Below the pieces are notes generated by a model. The model did no database searches. It was not told the origin of the DNA and saw nothing but the letters and a program-made list of their open reading frames with translations. Shown here piece after piece: positions 5,440 to 12,788 of a stretch of DNA of 39,378 nt. Source of the DNA: Parcubacteria group bacterium. GTDB taxonomy: Bacteria; Patescibacteriota; JAUYIX01. Numbering within the stretch: position 1 is the stretch's first letter; every line of letters starts with the position of its first letter. The stretch covers positions 1-39,378 of the forward strand of contig JAZDNR010000014.1 of assembly GCA_043799475.1 (NCBI GenBank), given 5' to 3'. Both the position numbers and the translations under genes were made by a program.

Positions 5440-6147
5440 TTACGCCGTGGCCTCCGCCAGAGGTGCGGTGTTGAGGAGACGGTTGTACTCCTCCCACTCC
5501 TCGAGCTTGGCTGGACGCAGCTCATCAACCTCGTAAGTGCCGTAATCGCCACCGCAGTTCGGGCGAAAGGGCCCGAAACCGCCGAGACGCCCGGCCTCCA
5601 TGAGGATGTCGCAGATCTTCTCGAACGACGTGTAGTTCACGTCGAGATCTGCGAATCCGTCGACCACCCAACTCTCAGGAAAGAGCGGGCGCACGATAGG
5701 ACAGGGCTGACCCTTGCCCATGGAGTTCTTCAATAACCCCTGCTTGAGGTCTGGCTCCCAGGGCGTCGGCCAACCAGCGGGGGTCGGTGCCGGGGTGAAG
5801 CGGAAGTACTTGCCCTTGAGACGGAGGAAGGCGGGTAGGCGTGTCGCATTCGTCGCGCTGGTGAACTTCGCCTTGCCGTCAAACTTGACCTCCTTACCGC
5901 CCTGACGGAAGCTGGCCCAGACCCAGTCCTTGGGAATGACGAACAACGACGAGACCGGATGCAGGATGACCTTCTTGGCGCACCTCTCGCGCAGTGGCGT
6001 GACAGTGTCCTTCTGGCCCTTCTTCTTGTCGCTGAAGAAGGTATCCCAGATGTCCTGCGTGCGGTGGGGATCCTCGTAGATCGGCATGAGGCCGATGAGG
6101 CGGAAGTAGTGAAGCACCCAGTTTGTCCTTTTGCTGCCGATAGGCAT
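5440..6147 (-). CDS. Hypothetical 235-aa protein, paralog A of the island pair. The glycine-rich C-terminal motif is reminiscent of RAMP proteins.
   Basis: RBS GGAG is 6 nt before the ATG, and the gene has its own promoter and terminator. It aligns with the 194-aa protein at NWVLHYFRLIGL/GWTCHLFTLKGL and at IVRP..W..AGRLGGFGPFR..GDYGTYEVDELRP/IVRP..W..AGSLQGFGSYR..GYHGTFELEEFRP. Confidence 0.75.
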   Translation of the reverse strand: MPIGSKRTNWVLHYFRLIGLMPIYEDPHRTQDIWDTFFSDKKKGQKDTVTPLRERCAKKVILHPVSSLFVIPKDWVWASFRQGGKEVKFDGKAKFTSATNATRLPAFLRLKGKYFRFTPAPTPAGWPTPWEPDLKQGLLKNSMGKGQPCPIVRPLFPESWVVDGFADLDVNYTSFEKICDILMEAGRLGGFGPFRPNCGGDYGTYEVDELRPAKLEEWEEYNRLLNTAPLAEATA

Positions 6148-6246
6148 GACGAACTCCTTGTTCTAGCGTAGCGTTGTTTATGTCCATTTTGAGGGAACAG
6201 CTCACGACGGTGAGGTCTAGAGGCTATTCCGCCAACAAGACCCGCG

Positions 6247-6275
6247 AAGCTAGCAGATCGTCTTTTGGCTGTCAA
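6247..6275 (-). promoter_or_regulatory. Sigma70-like promoter of the 235-aa protein gene
   Basis: Minus strand: TTGACA (6275-6270), 17-nt spacer, TAGCTT (6252-6247), then cGCGGGTCTTGT. Confidence 0.65.
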
Positions 6276-6313
6276 GATTCTGTCCCGATCCTGTGCGATC
6301 CGTTGCGAACATT

Positions 6314-6348
6314 AAAAAATGAGCCAGCTTCTTGTTAGAAGCTGGCTC
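6314..6348 (-). terminator. Intrinsic terminator of the 194-aa protein gene
   Basis: Minus strand: 12-bp hairpin GAGCCAGCTTCT-aaca-AGAAGCTGGCTC (6321-6348) followed by T6 (6314-6319). Confidence 0.8.
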
Positions 6349-6426
6349 GTGCACCCTTGTGGATTACGCAGTAGGACACGACACGGTGCCTAGCTGAAGT
6401 GTAGACTGCTAGCGCAGCGAGTTCGA

Positions 6427-7011
6427 CTAGACCGGTCGGAACTCCTCGAGCTCAAAAGTGCCGTGATAGCCGTCCTTCTCAGCTCGATAGCTGCCGAAAC
6501 CCTGCAGCGACCCTGCGTCGTTGATCAGCTCGGTCACGAACTCCTCGACGTCCGGTGCTAGGCAGATGTGGCCCGAGGCCGTCCAGGGCAGTTCGATACT
6601 GGGCCGCACGATCCCGCACTTGGCCGACTTCTTGCTGTCGTACCCCTGGCGAATGTCAGCTCGCCAACCATTGCAGTTCAACTGGAGGCCCTGCCCGGAG
6701 AGGTGCAGGAGGTGACGTAAGCGCACGTACTTCTTGTTGCGTGTGTCATCCTTGGGCTTGATGGTGACGATGCGGCCGTCTGGTAGCACGCGACCCGCGG
6801 CTTGTGCGGCGAGAGCGGCCCAGAACATTTCGCGCGGGATGTGTGGATTGCCCTGATGGTCGGCGTGCAGCTTGTGACGCGCAAGGTCCTCGGGCTCGTC
6901 GCCGCGCTGGTAGCCCGGCGCACCCTTCTTTTGCATGAGGATGCTCTCGAGTCCCTTGAGGGTGAACAAGTGACACGTCCAGCCAGGTGGACGAGGCTTG
7001 AGGTGGTTCAT
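6427..7011 (-). CDS. Hypothetical 194-aa protein, paralog B of the island pair
   Basis: RBS AAAGGAG is upstream of the ATG, and the gene has its own promoter and terminator. It shares N-terminal W..H.F.L.GL and C-terminal IVRP / GFG..R / G.(Y/H)GT(Y/F)E(V/L).E(L/F)RP motifs with the 235-aa protein. Confidence 0.75.
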   Translation of the reverse strand: MNHLKPRPPGWTCHLFTLKGLESILMQKKGAPGYQRGDEPEDLARHKLHADHQGNPHIPREMFWAALAAQAAGRVLPDGRIVTIKPKDDTRNKKYVRLRHLLHLSGQGLQLNCNGWRADIRQGYDSKKSAKCGIVRPSIELPWTASGHICLAPDVEEFVTELINDAGSLQGFGSYRAEKDGYHGTFELEEFRPV

Positions 7012-7115
7012 GAGTACATACTCCTTTCGGGAGTGGGTTGATGAACGAGTTTTTGAAACGTGATGTTGAGGTGCAGCATCTCTCAGAGCTTTTGTTCAGC
7101 CCAAAAAGACCGCGC

Positions 7116-7144
7116 AAGCTAGCACGGCTTAATCGCATTGTCAA
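7116..7144 (-). promoter_or_regulatory. Sigma70-like promoter of the 194-aa protein gene
   Basis: Minus strand: TTGACA (7144-7139), 17-nt spacer, TAGCTT (7121-7116), then gcGCGGTCTTTT. Confidence 0.65.
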
Positions 7145-7155
7145 CTCCCGCAACT

Positions 7156-7191
7156 AAAAAAGAGGGAGACGTAACTTTGTTCACGTCTCCC
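7156..7191 (-). terminator. Intrinsic terminator of TU6
   Basis: Minus strand: hairpin GGGAGACGT..ACGTCTCCC (7164-7191), then CT and T6 (7156-7161). Confidence 0.7.
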
Positions 7192-7236
7192 CATGGACAC
7201 CACATGACTACGCCACATCTCGCGCCACCCAACCTG

Positions 7237-7283
7237 ACTGTAAGCTTTTCTAGAGCGAGAGCAGTTCTCGGGTAGAACTGCTC
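7237..7283 (-). repeat. Repeat module R12
   Basis: + sense: box ACTGTAAGCTTTTCTAGAGCG (7237-7257; GCTT-ttcta-GAGC), then GAGCAGTTCT-cgggt-AGAACTGCTC (7259-7283). Confidence 0.7.
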
Positions 7284-7350
7284 AATCAGGGTCTGACTCG
7301 AAAACACTAGACGTAAGGACAGGTGAGTGGACGACACTCCGCCCGACCAA

Positions 7351-7390
7351 AGTACAAGCTCGAAAGAGCTGGGAGAACAGTTGTTCTCCC
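7351..7390 (-). repeat. Repeat module R13
   Basis: + sense: box AGTACAAGCTCGAAAGAGCT (7351-7370; AGCTC-gaaa-GAGCT, stem extended by a paired change), then GGGAGAAC-agtt-GTTCTCCC (7371-7390), then CTGGGCG. Confidence 0.7.
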
Positions 7391-7464
7391 CTGGGCGCCA
7401 CATTACTCTGAACTGGCACGCAACGGCATTGTGTACTTAAGAACAAGTCCTCGATGGACACGGC

Positions 7465-7493
7465 AAACTAACATATGATCTTGTAACTGAAAA
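7465..7493 (-). promoter_or_regulatory. Degenerate member of the island promoter family (TU6)
   Basis: Minus strand: TTTTCA (7493-7488), 17-nt spacer, TAGTTT (7470-7465), then gCCGTGTCCATC. Compare TAGCTTgcGCGGTCTT in the other promoters. Confidence 0.35.
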
Positions 7494-7502
7494 GGCTGCG
7501 TG

Positions 7503-8198
7503 TCAGCCGACCGGATTTTTGCCATCGTGCCGCTGCAGGTTACGTACAAACTGATCCAAGATCAAAAAGACTACCGCCATCATGAGCAGGAGAATGCTGA
7601 TCTTGGTACTGGAGTTGGAGATGGCCACAAAATCGTAGAGGCCGTGCAGTCCAATCCCTAGTAGCAAACCAAATAGCACCAGCCAGGCTCCGCCCCGCCG
7701 AGCAAATTTTCCTAGTCCCATAAAGTAGCCGATAATCCCAGCAGCGAGAGCGTGTAGCAAGGTCGCAGTCACAAAACGCAAGGGCAGGATCGAGGCGCCC
7801 TCACCCAGCACTACTAAGATGTTCTCCACAGTGGCAAAGCCGAGTGCGGCCACCACCATGTACATCACGCCATCCATGCGTTCATCAAAAACGCGATGGT
7901 GATAAACACTCAAAAAAACTATGGCAAATTTGGCGAGTTCCTCGATGGGTGCTATCACCGCAAAAGCTCCGATGATTGCCGCGCGACTAAAACCCGGTGC
8001 AGAATAATGCAAATACAAATCGATCGTGTACTCAATAAAAAGGGCCGGCAATGTCACGAGCATCCCCAGTAAAAACACGCGCCATAAAAAACGCCTAGGC
8101 TCGGGGTGTTTGCCGTCGGCCCGCAGATACCACCACAACCAAAAGAGCCCAGGTAGCAGTGCGAGGACAATGTTACGTAAGTCAACGAGGAAGTTCAC
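7503..8198 (-). CDS. PrsW-family intramembrane protease
   Basis: 231-aa polytopic membrane protein with EELAKF, FATVEN, HALAAG and HGLYDF motifs. GTG start. Confidence 0.8.
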   Translation of the reverse strand: MNFLVDLRNIVLALLPGLFWLWWYLRADGKHPEPRRFLWRVFLLGMLVTLPALFIEYTIDLYLHYSAPGFSRAAIIGAFAVIAPIEELAKFAIVFLSVYHHRVFDERMDGVMYMVVAALGFATVENILVVLGEGASILPLRFVTATLLHALAAGIIGYFMGLGKFARRGGAWLVLFGLLLGIGLHGLYDFVAISNSSTKISILLLMMAVVFLILDQFVRNLQRHDGKNPVG

Positions 8199-8220
8199 CT
8201 AGCCATACATGTTACGCTAA

Positions 8221-9783
8221 GTGGGCATGTTGAGCGAACGCGCCACGAGCCAACGTTTGCGCGAGCTTCTTGAGAGGCCCGCGGCAAACCCTCTACTGGT
8301 CCTGGCCCGTCGGCCTGGTGTCGAGGTTTACGTCGTGGGGGGTGCGGTACGCGATGCTCTGCTCGGGGTAACTGTGACCGACTTGGACTTGGTTGTGCGG
8401 GGTCTGCCGCAACCACAGCTCGAGCGAATTTTGCGGCGAGCCGGTCGCGTAGTTTTGGCCGGCAAGCGTTTTGGCGTGATCAAGTTTAGGGCGCGTGGCG
8501 CGTCTGAGAGCATTGATGTTGCCCTACCTCGCAGCGAACAGCCGACCGGTCGGGGAGGCTATCGCGATGTGCATGTTGTGGCTGACCACCTGCTGCCAAT
8601 TGAGCAGGACCTCGCGCGGCGCGACTTTACGATCAACGCCATTGCACTCAACCTACAGAGTGGCCGACAGAGTGGCAGATTGGTCGATCCCTTTGGGGGT
8701 AGAGCAGACCTCAAAGCTAAACTTATTCGGACGGTGGGGGATCCCGCCAAGCGTTTTAGCGAAGACTACACGCGTCTGTTGCGGGCTGTGCGTTTTGCCG
8801 TGCAGTTCGGTTTTGGGCTCGAGCGCCAGACCTTGCAAGTTCTACAACAACATGCGGCCGATCTCCCTCGTACGACCGCTTACCCATACCCTCAGGGTGA
8901 ACGTCTGGTGGCCTGGGAGCTAATTGGTCGCGAGGTCGGTCGTATGTTTTTTGCTAACGCCGCACGCGCAGTTGATCTTCTCGAGCAAACCAAACTATTA
9001 CACGAGGTTCTCCCGGAGGTGGATCGGCTTCGCACTATCAAACAGGACCCGAAATTTCATCCCGAGGGTGATGTCCTGACTCATACCAAGCAAGCTCTCT
9101 TGCGCCTGCACCAGGTAGAACCGGGCGCTAGTCTCACGCTCATTCTCTCAGTTTTGCTGCACGATGCTGGTAAGGCCACACATGTACAGATACGCGATCG
9201 CAAACTTGGGACCACTGTTAATCTATCCCGCCCCGCTGAGTTTTTTGCAAGTGAACGTTACCAACCCGCCCGTCAGCGCATTATGAACATCGGCCACCCC
9301 GCTGAGTCGGCGCGCATAGCCCAGCGCATTATTAAGCGACTCAAGCTTACGCAGTTTAGGCGCGATCCTCAGATAGGCCTTGATCAGATGGCCATCTTAC
9401 ATAATCTTGAAAACCATCTATTGCTCGATATTGAGAATGTTCGTCCGGCGCGTGCGGAGAAAATTCTGTTTTACCCCGATGGTCGCGTGCGTTGGGATTT
9501 GCTGACACTAATAAAGCTTGACGCAGGGCCCGGGTCGGATCGGCCGGCTAAGGTTTTTGCGCGAGTGCAGAAACTTTTGGCGCGTAAACTTGATCAAGCC
9601 GCCGAGCAGCAACTGCCGGCACCCTTGCTGACCGGGCATGATCTTAAAAAAATGAAGGTTGAACCTGGCCCGATTTACAAAGTTGTTTTGGAAGCAGTAC
9701 GCGACGCGCAGCTCGCCGGTCGGGTGACCGACCAGGCGGCTGCGCGTCGCGTTGCTAAAGATCTACTGGCGCGCCTGCGTTAG
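8221..9783 (+). CDS. cca: tRNA nucleotidyltransferase/poly(A) polymerase family protein with HD domain (probable CCA-adding enzyme)
   Basis: GGAVRD and DLDLVV nucleotidyltransferase motifs, and LLHDAGK (HD). The start is GTG 8221 or ATG 8227. Confidence 0.8.
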   Translation: MGMLSERATSQRLRELLERPAANPLLVLARRPGVEVYVVGGAVRDALLGVTVTDLDLVVRGLPQPQLERILRRAGRVVLAGKRFGVIKFRARGASESIDVALPRSEQPTGRGGYRDVHVVADHLLPIEQDLARRDFTINAIALNLQSGRQSGRLVDPFGGRADLKAKLIRTVGDPAKRFSEDYTRLLRAVRFAVQFGFGLERQTLQVLQQHAADLPRTTAYPYPQGERLVAWELIGREVGRMFFANAARAVDLLEQTKLLHEVLPEVDRLRTIKQDPKFHPEGDVLTHTKQALLRLHQVEPGASLTLILSVLLHDAGKATHVQIRDRKLGTTVNLSRPAEFFASERYQPARQRIMNIGHPAESARIAQRIIKRLKLTQFRRDPQIGLDQMAILHNLENHLLLDIENVRPARAEKILFYPDGRVRWDLLTLIKLDAGPGSDRPAKVFARVQKLLARKLDQAAEQQLPAPLLTGHDLKKMKVEPGPIYKVVLEAVRDAQLAGRVTDQAAARRVAKDLLARLR

Positions 9784-11861
9784 TAGAGTCCGTTAAGAGT
9801 GGCCTCCACACTTGACTTGACGGCCGCAGTTCCCCCGGCGATGTACCCAAAGGTGACCGTGGAGATGGAACCCAAGTAACTACTTGTCTCGGCCGGGACT
9901 GAGCTCTTACCGACTAACAAGATGGGTACCGAGATGGTCGGAGTGGTACCAGAGAGGCTTGAGATACCTGCAAGGGGACCGGCCACAAGCGCATCCGGGA
10001 AGTTAGAGTTGAGCGCAAAGACTATTCCAGTCGGTCCTGCCGGGAAGAAGTAAGCCGCAATAATCCGGGCAGTGTCGTTGCGGTTGATACCCCCCAACCG
10101 TGTGATAGTGCCGGCATAAGGCGCTACGTCGCTAGCCACTTGCGTACTGAGAGCCGCAGTTCCCCCGGCCAAAAAGATCGTGCCGAGCAAGGGGACACTC
10201 GCGAGATATGCCTCGGCCTGCGCATTGAGCGTGTCAGACTCTGAGAGCAAGATCGGCATAAAGAACGGGTTGAAGGTTGAGTTGCTGGCAATTGGACCGG
10301 CCGTCAGTGCGTCTGGGAAGTCGCTACCCTTGGCTAAGAAGGCTGCGCTGGCAGGCGCACCACGTAGATCATCCATTTGGTCAGCTACCAAACGGGCTGT
10401 CTCATAGCGGTTAGCTCCGGCGATGCGTCCGACATCGATCTTAGAATTGATCGCTTTGATGGCATCAATGACGCTTTGTTCAACAACCGCGCTTCCGCCA
10501 ATGACCCAGACGTCTTGTTCGGGATCATCCACGTTGTCAAAGACGCGGGCAATTTCGCTTTTGGTCTCATCGGGCAAGCTACTCTTGCGGGTACCAAGCA
10601 GTGGACCATGTAGCAAACCAGCCACTGGCGCTGCTACTAAACTGTCGGGAAAGACCTCGAGACTCGCGACTACTAAGGCATCGACACTCTTGTCGCCATA
10701 AGCCTCTTGGCTCACCTTGCGACCGGTATCGTAACGGTTACTGCCCGCAAAACGGATTAGCGCTTTGGGCGACTTGGTCACCTCAAGACCGTAGGGGCTG
10801 GCACCTGCGTCGAGTGCTACTACAGCGGCCTCAGTAAGAGCGCCACTTGGATTGAGGTTGATAACCGACAACTTGTCGCTCACCTGCAGGGGAACAAAAG
10901 CCCGATCGACCTTGCTCGAAAAGGCAATCTCAGTCGGTCGATCCGCCCCCGCGCTACCACCCAGGCCTGCTAAAACACGCGTCTCAGTAAACGGAGCGCT
11001 GTTGCTAAATTCGATCACTTGGTCACCTGAGACACCAGACGCATCCGTAGTCAGATAGCGACTAGGAGAACGAGGTTCAGACTCGATGGCCCAAGGCCCA
11101 GCCGCAAAGCCGCTCGTACTAGTAAAGGTACTGCTCGAGTTAGTCGAGTCGTCAAAGGTTCGCAGTGAACCGACAAAGGGATCAGCAAAGTGCGCGCGAT
11201 TATTGTCACTAATATCGCCCACGATTCCAAAACCACTCGCAGCAGTTGCAGGCGTAATGCTATCAGTTTGGGTAAGCGTCGTAGGATTAAATGAGCGTAC
11301 CTCTCCACTTAGTCCTCCGGTGGTAACCCAGACGCGATCCTCATTTTTGCTTAAGGCTATGTCCCAAGGGGTAAAGCCAGGACTCAAAGTTGCCGAGGAT
11401 ACTACGGTCGCACGACTACGTAGATCAACCTTTATAACTTTTGAAGCAGTCGCTACGTACAGATAGTACCCATTTTTGCTAAGAGCCAAACCCTGTGGTG
11501 TATCCGAGACGGGGATCGAGTACTCCAGCGCGTCATAATTAGTGTTGATGACATGGATTACCTTGAGTGCCGAATCGCTGACATAAAGGTAAGGGCGCTC
11601 GTCATCGGCTACAAGTTCCTCTGGCTCCGCCCCTGCTCCCAGTGCAATCGTAGTAAGCGGGGTAGAAGAGGCAGAAATAGTGTCGGCATTAAAGACCACT
11701 ACATTGTCTAGCCCCTGCTGCCCTATATAAAGCTTTTCGATGGCGGCAGCACTAGCCAGTACCTGTGCAGTAGGTCGGCCGAGATATAAGCCGCCAGCGA
11801 CCAACGCCAGCGCCAGCAGCGCGCGCGGGGCTATACGACTGAGATATTGGGGATAGGGCAT
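9780..11861 (-). CDS. Secreted or anchored protein with beta-propeller-like repeats and three C-terminal cell-wall-binding repeat 2 (CWB2) units
   Basis: 693 aa with an N-terminal hydrophobic segment. Three NRYDT/NRYET/NRNDT-containing repeats are typical of CWB2. Confidence 0.8.
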   Translation of the reverse strand: MPYPQYLSRIAPRALLALALVAGGLYLGRPTAQVLASAAAIEKLYIGQQGLDNVVVFNADTISASSTPLTTIALGAGAEPEELVADDERPYLYVSDSALKVIHVINTNYDALEYSIPVSDTPQGLALSKNGYYLYVATASKVIKVDLRSRATVVSSATLSPGFTPWDIALSKNEDRVWVTTGGLSGEVRSFNPTTLTQTDSITPATAASGFGIVGDISDNNRAHFADPFVGSLRTFDDSTNSSSTFTSTSGFAAGPWAIESEPRSPSRYLTTDASGVSGDQVIEFSNSAPFTETRVLAGLGGSAGADRPTEIAFSSKVDRAFVPLQVSDKLSVINLNPSGALTEAAVVALDAGASPYGLEVTKSPKALIRFAGSNRYDTGRKVSQEAYGDKSVDALVVASLEVFPDSLVAAPVAGLLHGPLLGTRKSSLPDETKSEIARVFDNVDDPEQDVWVIGGSAVVEQSVIDAIKAINSKIDVGRIAGANRYETARLVADQMDDLRGAPASAAFLAKGSDFPDALTAGPIASNSTFNPFFMPILLSESDTLNAQAEAYLASVPLLGTIFLAGGTAALSTQVASDVAPYAGTITRLGGINRNDTARIIAAYFFPAGPTGIVFALNSNFPDALVAGPLAGISSLSGTTPTISVPILLVGKSSVPAETSSYLGSISTVTFGYIAGGTAAVKSSVEATLNGLY

Positions 11862-11924
11862 GGGGGTATGTGGAAACTACTAATAAGTAGGGGTAGTCTA
11901 CCCTGGCATTAGCGCAGAGCAAAC

Positions 11925-12788
11925 ATGACCAGCACACATACCATTCACTCTATTTTGCCGGGCGCGCAGCCCTTTACCTACCCGGGCAATGACCAAGTGG
12001 CCTGTCTCATGTTGCATGGTTTTACCAGTACGCCACAAACGCTGCGTGAGTTAGCGCAAATTTTGAGTCGTCGCCAGGTCACCAGTCGTGCTCCTTTGCT
12101 ACCTGGGCATGGTACCCATGTGTCCGATCTCAATGGCCGCACTTGGGAGGAACTCGAAGCTTATGCGGAGCAAGAATTGGTTCAGCTCGCTAAGACACAC
12201 GCCAAAGTTATTTTAGTTGGTGAGTCGTCCGGGGGAACCATCGCTCTGCGTCTTGCTGTCAAGCATCGCGAAAAGGTGGCCGGTGTTGTAAGCGTGGGTG
12301 GTGCACTGGTGTTCCCCTTGGATAAGGTGATGCGCACGATCCTACCGATTTACAAACGTATTAGTCCCATGCAGCGCAAGGTGCGTGTAGCAGATGTATG
12401 TGATCGGCGCGCGCTGCGTGAACGCGTGGCCTATCGTTATATTCCGATGCACATGTTCCATCTTTTAATGCGCTACGCCCAACTTGCCATGCGAGATTTA
12501 CCCGAGGTCAGTGCTCCGTTGCTTATCTTACATGCGCGCCAAGACCACTCGGTCTCACCGCGCAGTGCTACGATCATGCGAAAGCTGGCCGGGTCACGCT
12601 ACAAAAAATTGATTTGGTATCCGCACAGCTATCACAACCTGCTGATCGATCTCGAAAAACAGCGTGTCTTTAAAGACATTGAACATTTTGTGCGGCGCGT
12701 AGAGCGCGCCCGCAACCTGCCAGTTAACGCGTTGCAAGAACCTCTTGGTAAACCGCACGCAGGCGACGCGCTGAGTTCTCCTCAGTAA
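11925..12788 (+). CDS. Alpha/beta hydrolase (carboxylesterase/lysophospholipase-like)
   Basis: HGF oxyanion motif, GESSGG nucleophile elbow, and a C-terminal His region. Confidence 0.8.
   Translation: MTSTHTIHSILPGAQPFTYPGNDQVACLMLHGFTSTPQTLRELAQILSRRQVTSRAPLLPGHGTHVSDLNGRTWEELEAYAEQELVQLAKTHAKVILVGESSGGTIALRLAVKHREKVAGVVSVGGALVFPLDKVMRTILPIYKRISPMQRKVRVADVCDRRALRERVAYRYIPMHMFHLLMRYAQLAMRDLPEVSAPLLILHARQDHSVSPRSATIMRKLAGSRYKKLIWYPHSYHNLLIDLEKQRVFKDIEHFVRRVERARNLPVNALQEPLGKPHAGDALSSPQ

Larger units (their letters stand above)
7192..7458 (-). ncRNA. Non-coding mini-array unit TU6 (modules R13, R12)
   Basis: Degenerate family promoter at 7465-7493 and terminator at 7156-7191. The inter-module segment is 67 nt and the terminal segment is 45 nt. 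Confidence 0.5.

Noticed and set aside
5730-6275. Alternative-frame and antisense ORFs within the island genes (5730-6275, 5894-6205, 2604-3230, 3781-4131, 6746-7153 and others)
   Set aside because: They overlap frames that carry clear helicase motifs or the paralog alignment with good RBS. Their composition is the Arg/Ser/Pro-rich pattern typical of off-frame GC-rich sequence.
1-7458. Calling the repeat units a canonical CRISPR array
   Set aside because: The repeats are not near-identical. Only a ~20-nt box is conserved and the main hairpin differs in every copy. The units are split into many separately promoted and terminated mini-arrays, and no cas1/cas2 or recognisable cas gene is present. 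They are reported as CRISPR-like in dimensions only, not as a CRISPR feature.
8221-9783. A functional link between the CCA-adding enzyme and the neighbouring RNA-array island
   Set aside because: The link rests on proximity only. The enzyme is separated from the island by the PrsW gene and is divergently transcribed. The modules have no tRNA-like acceptor end.
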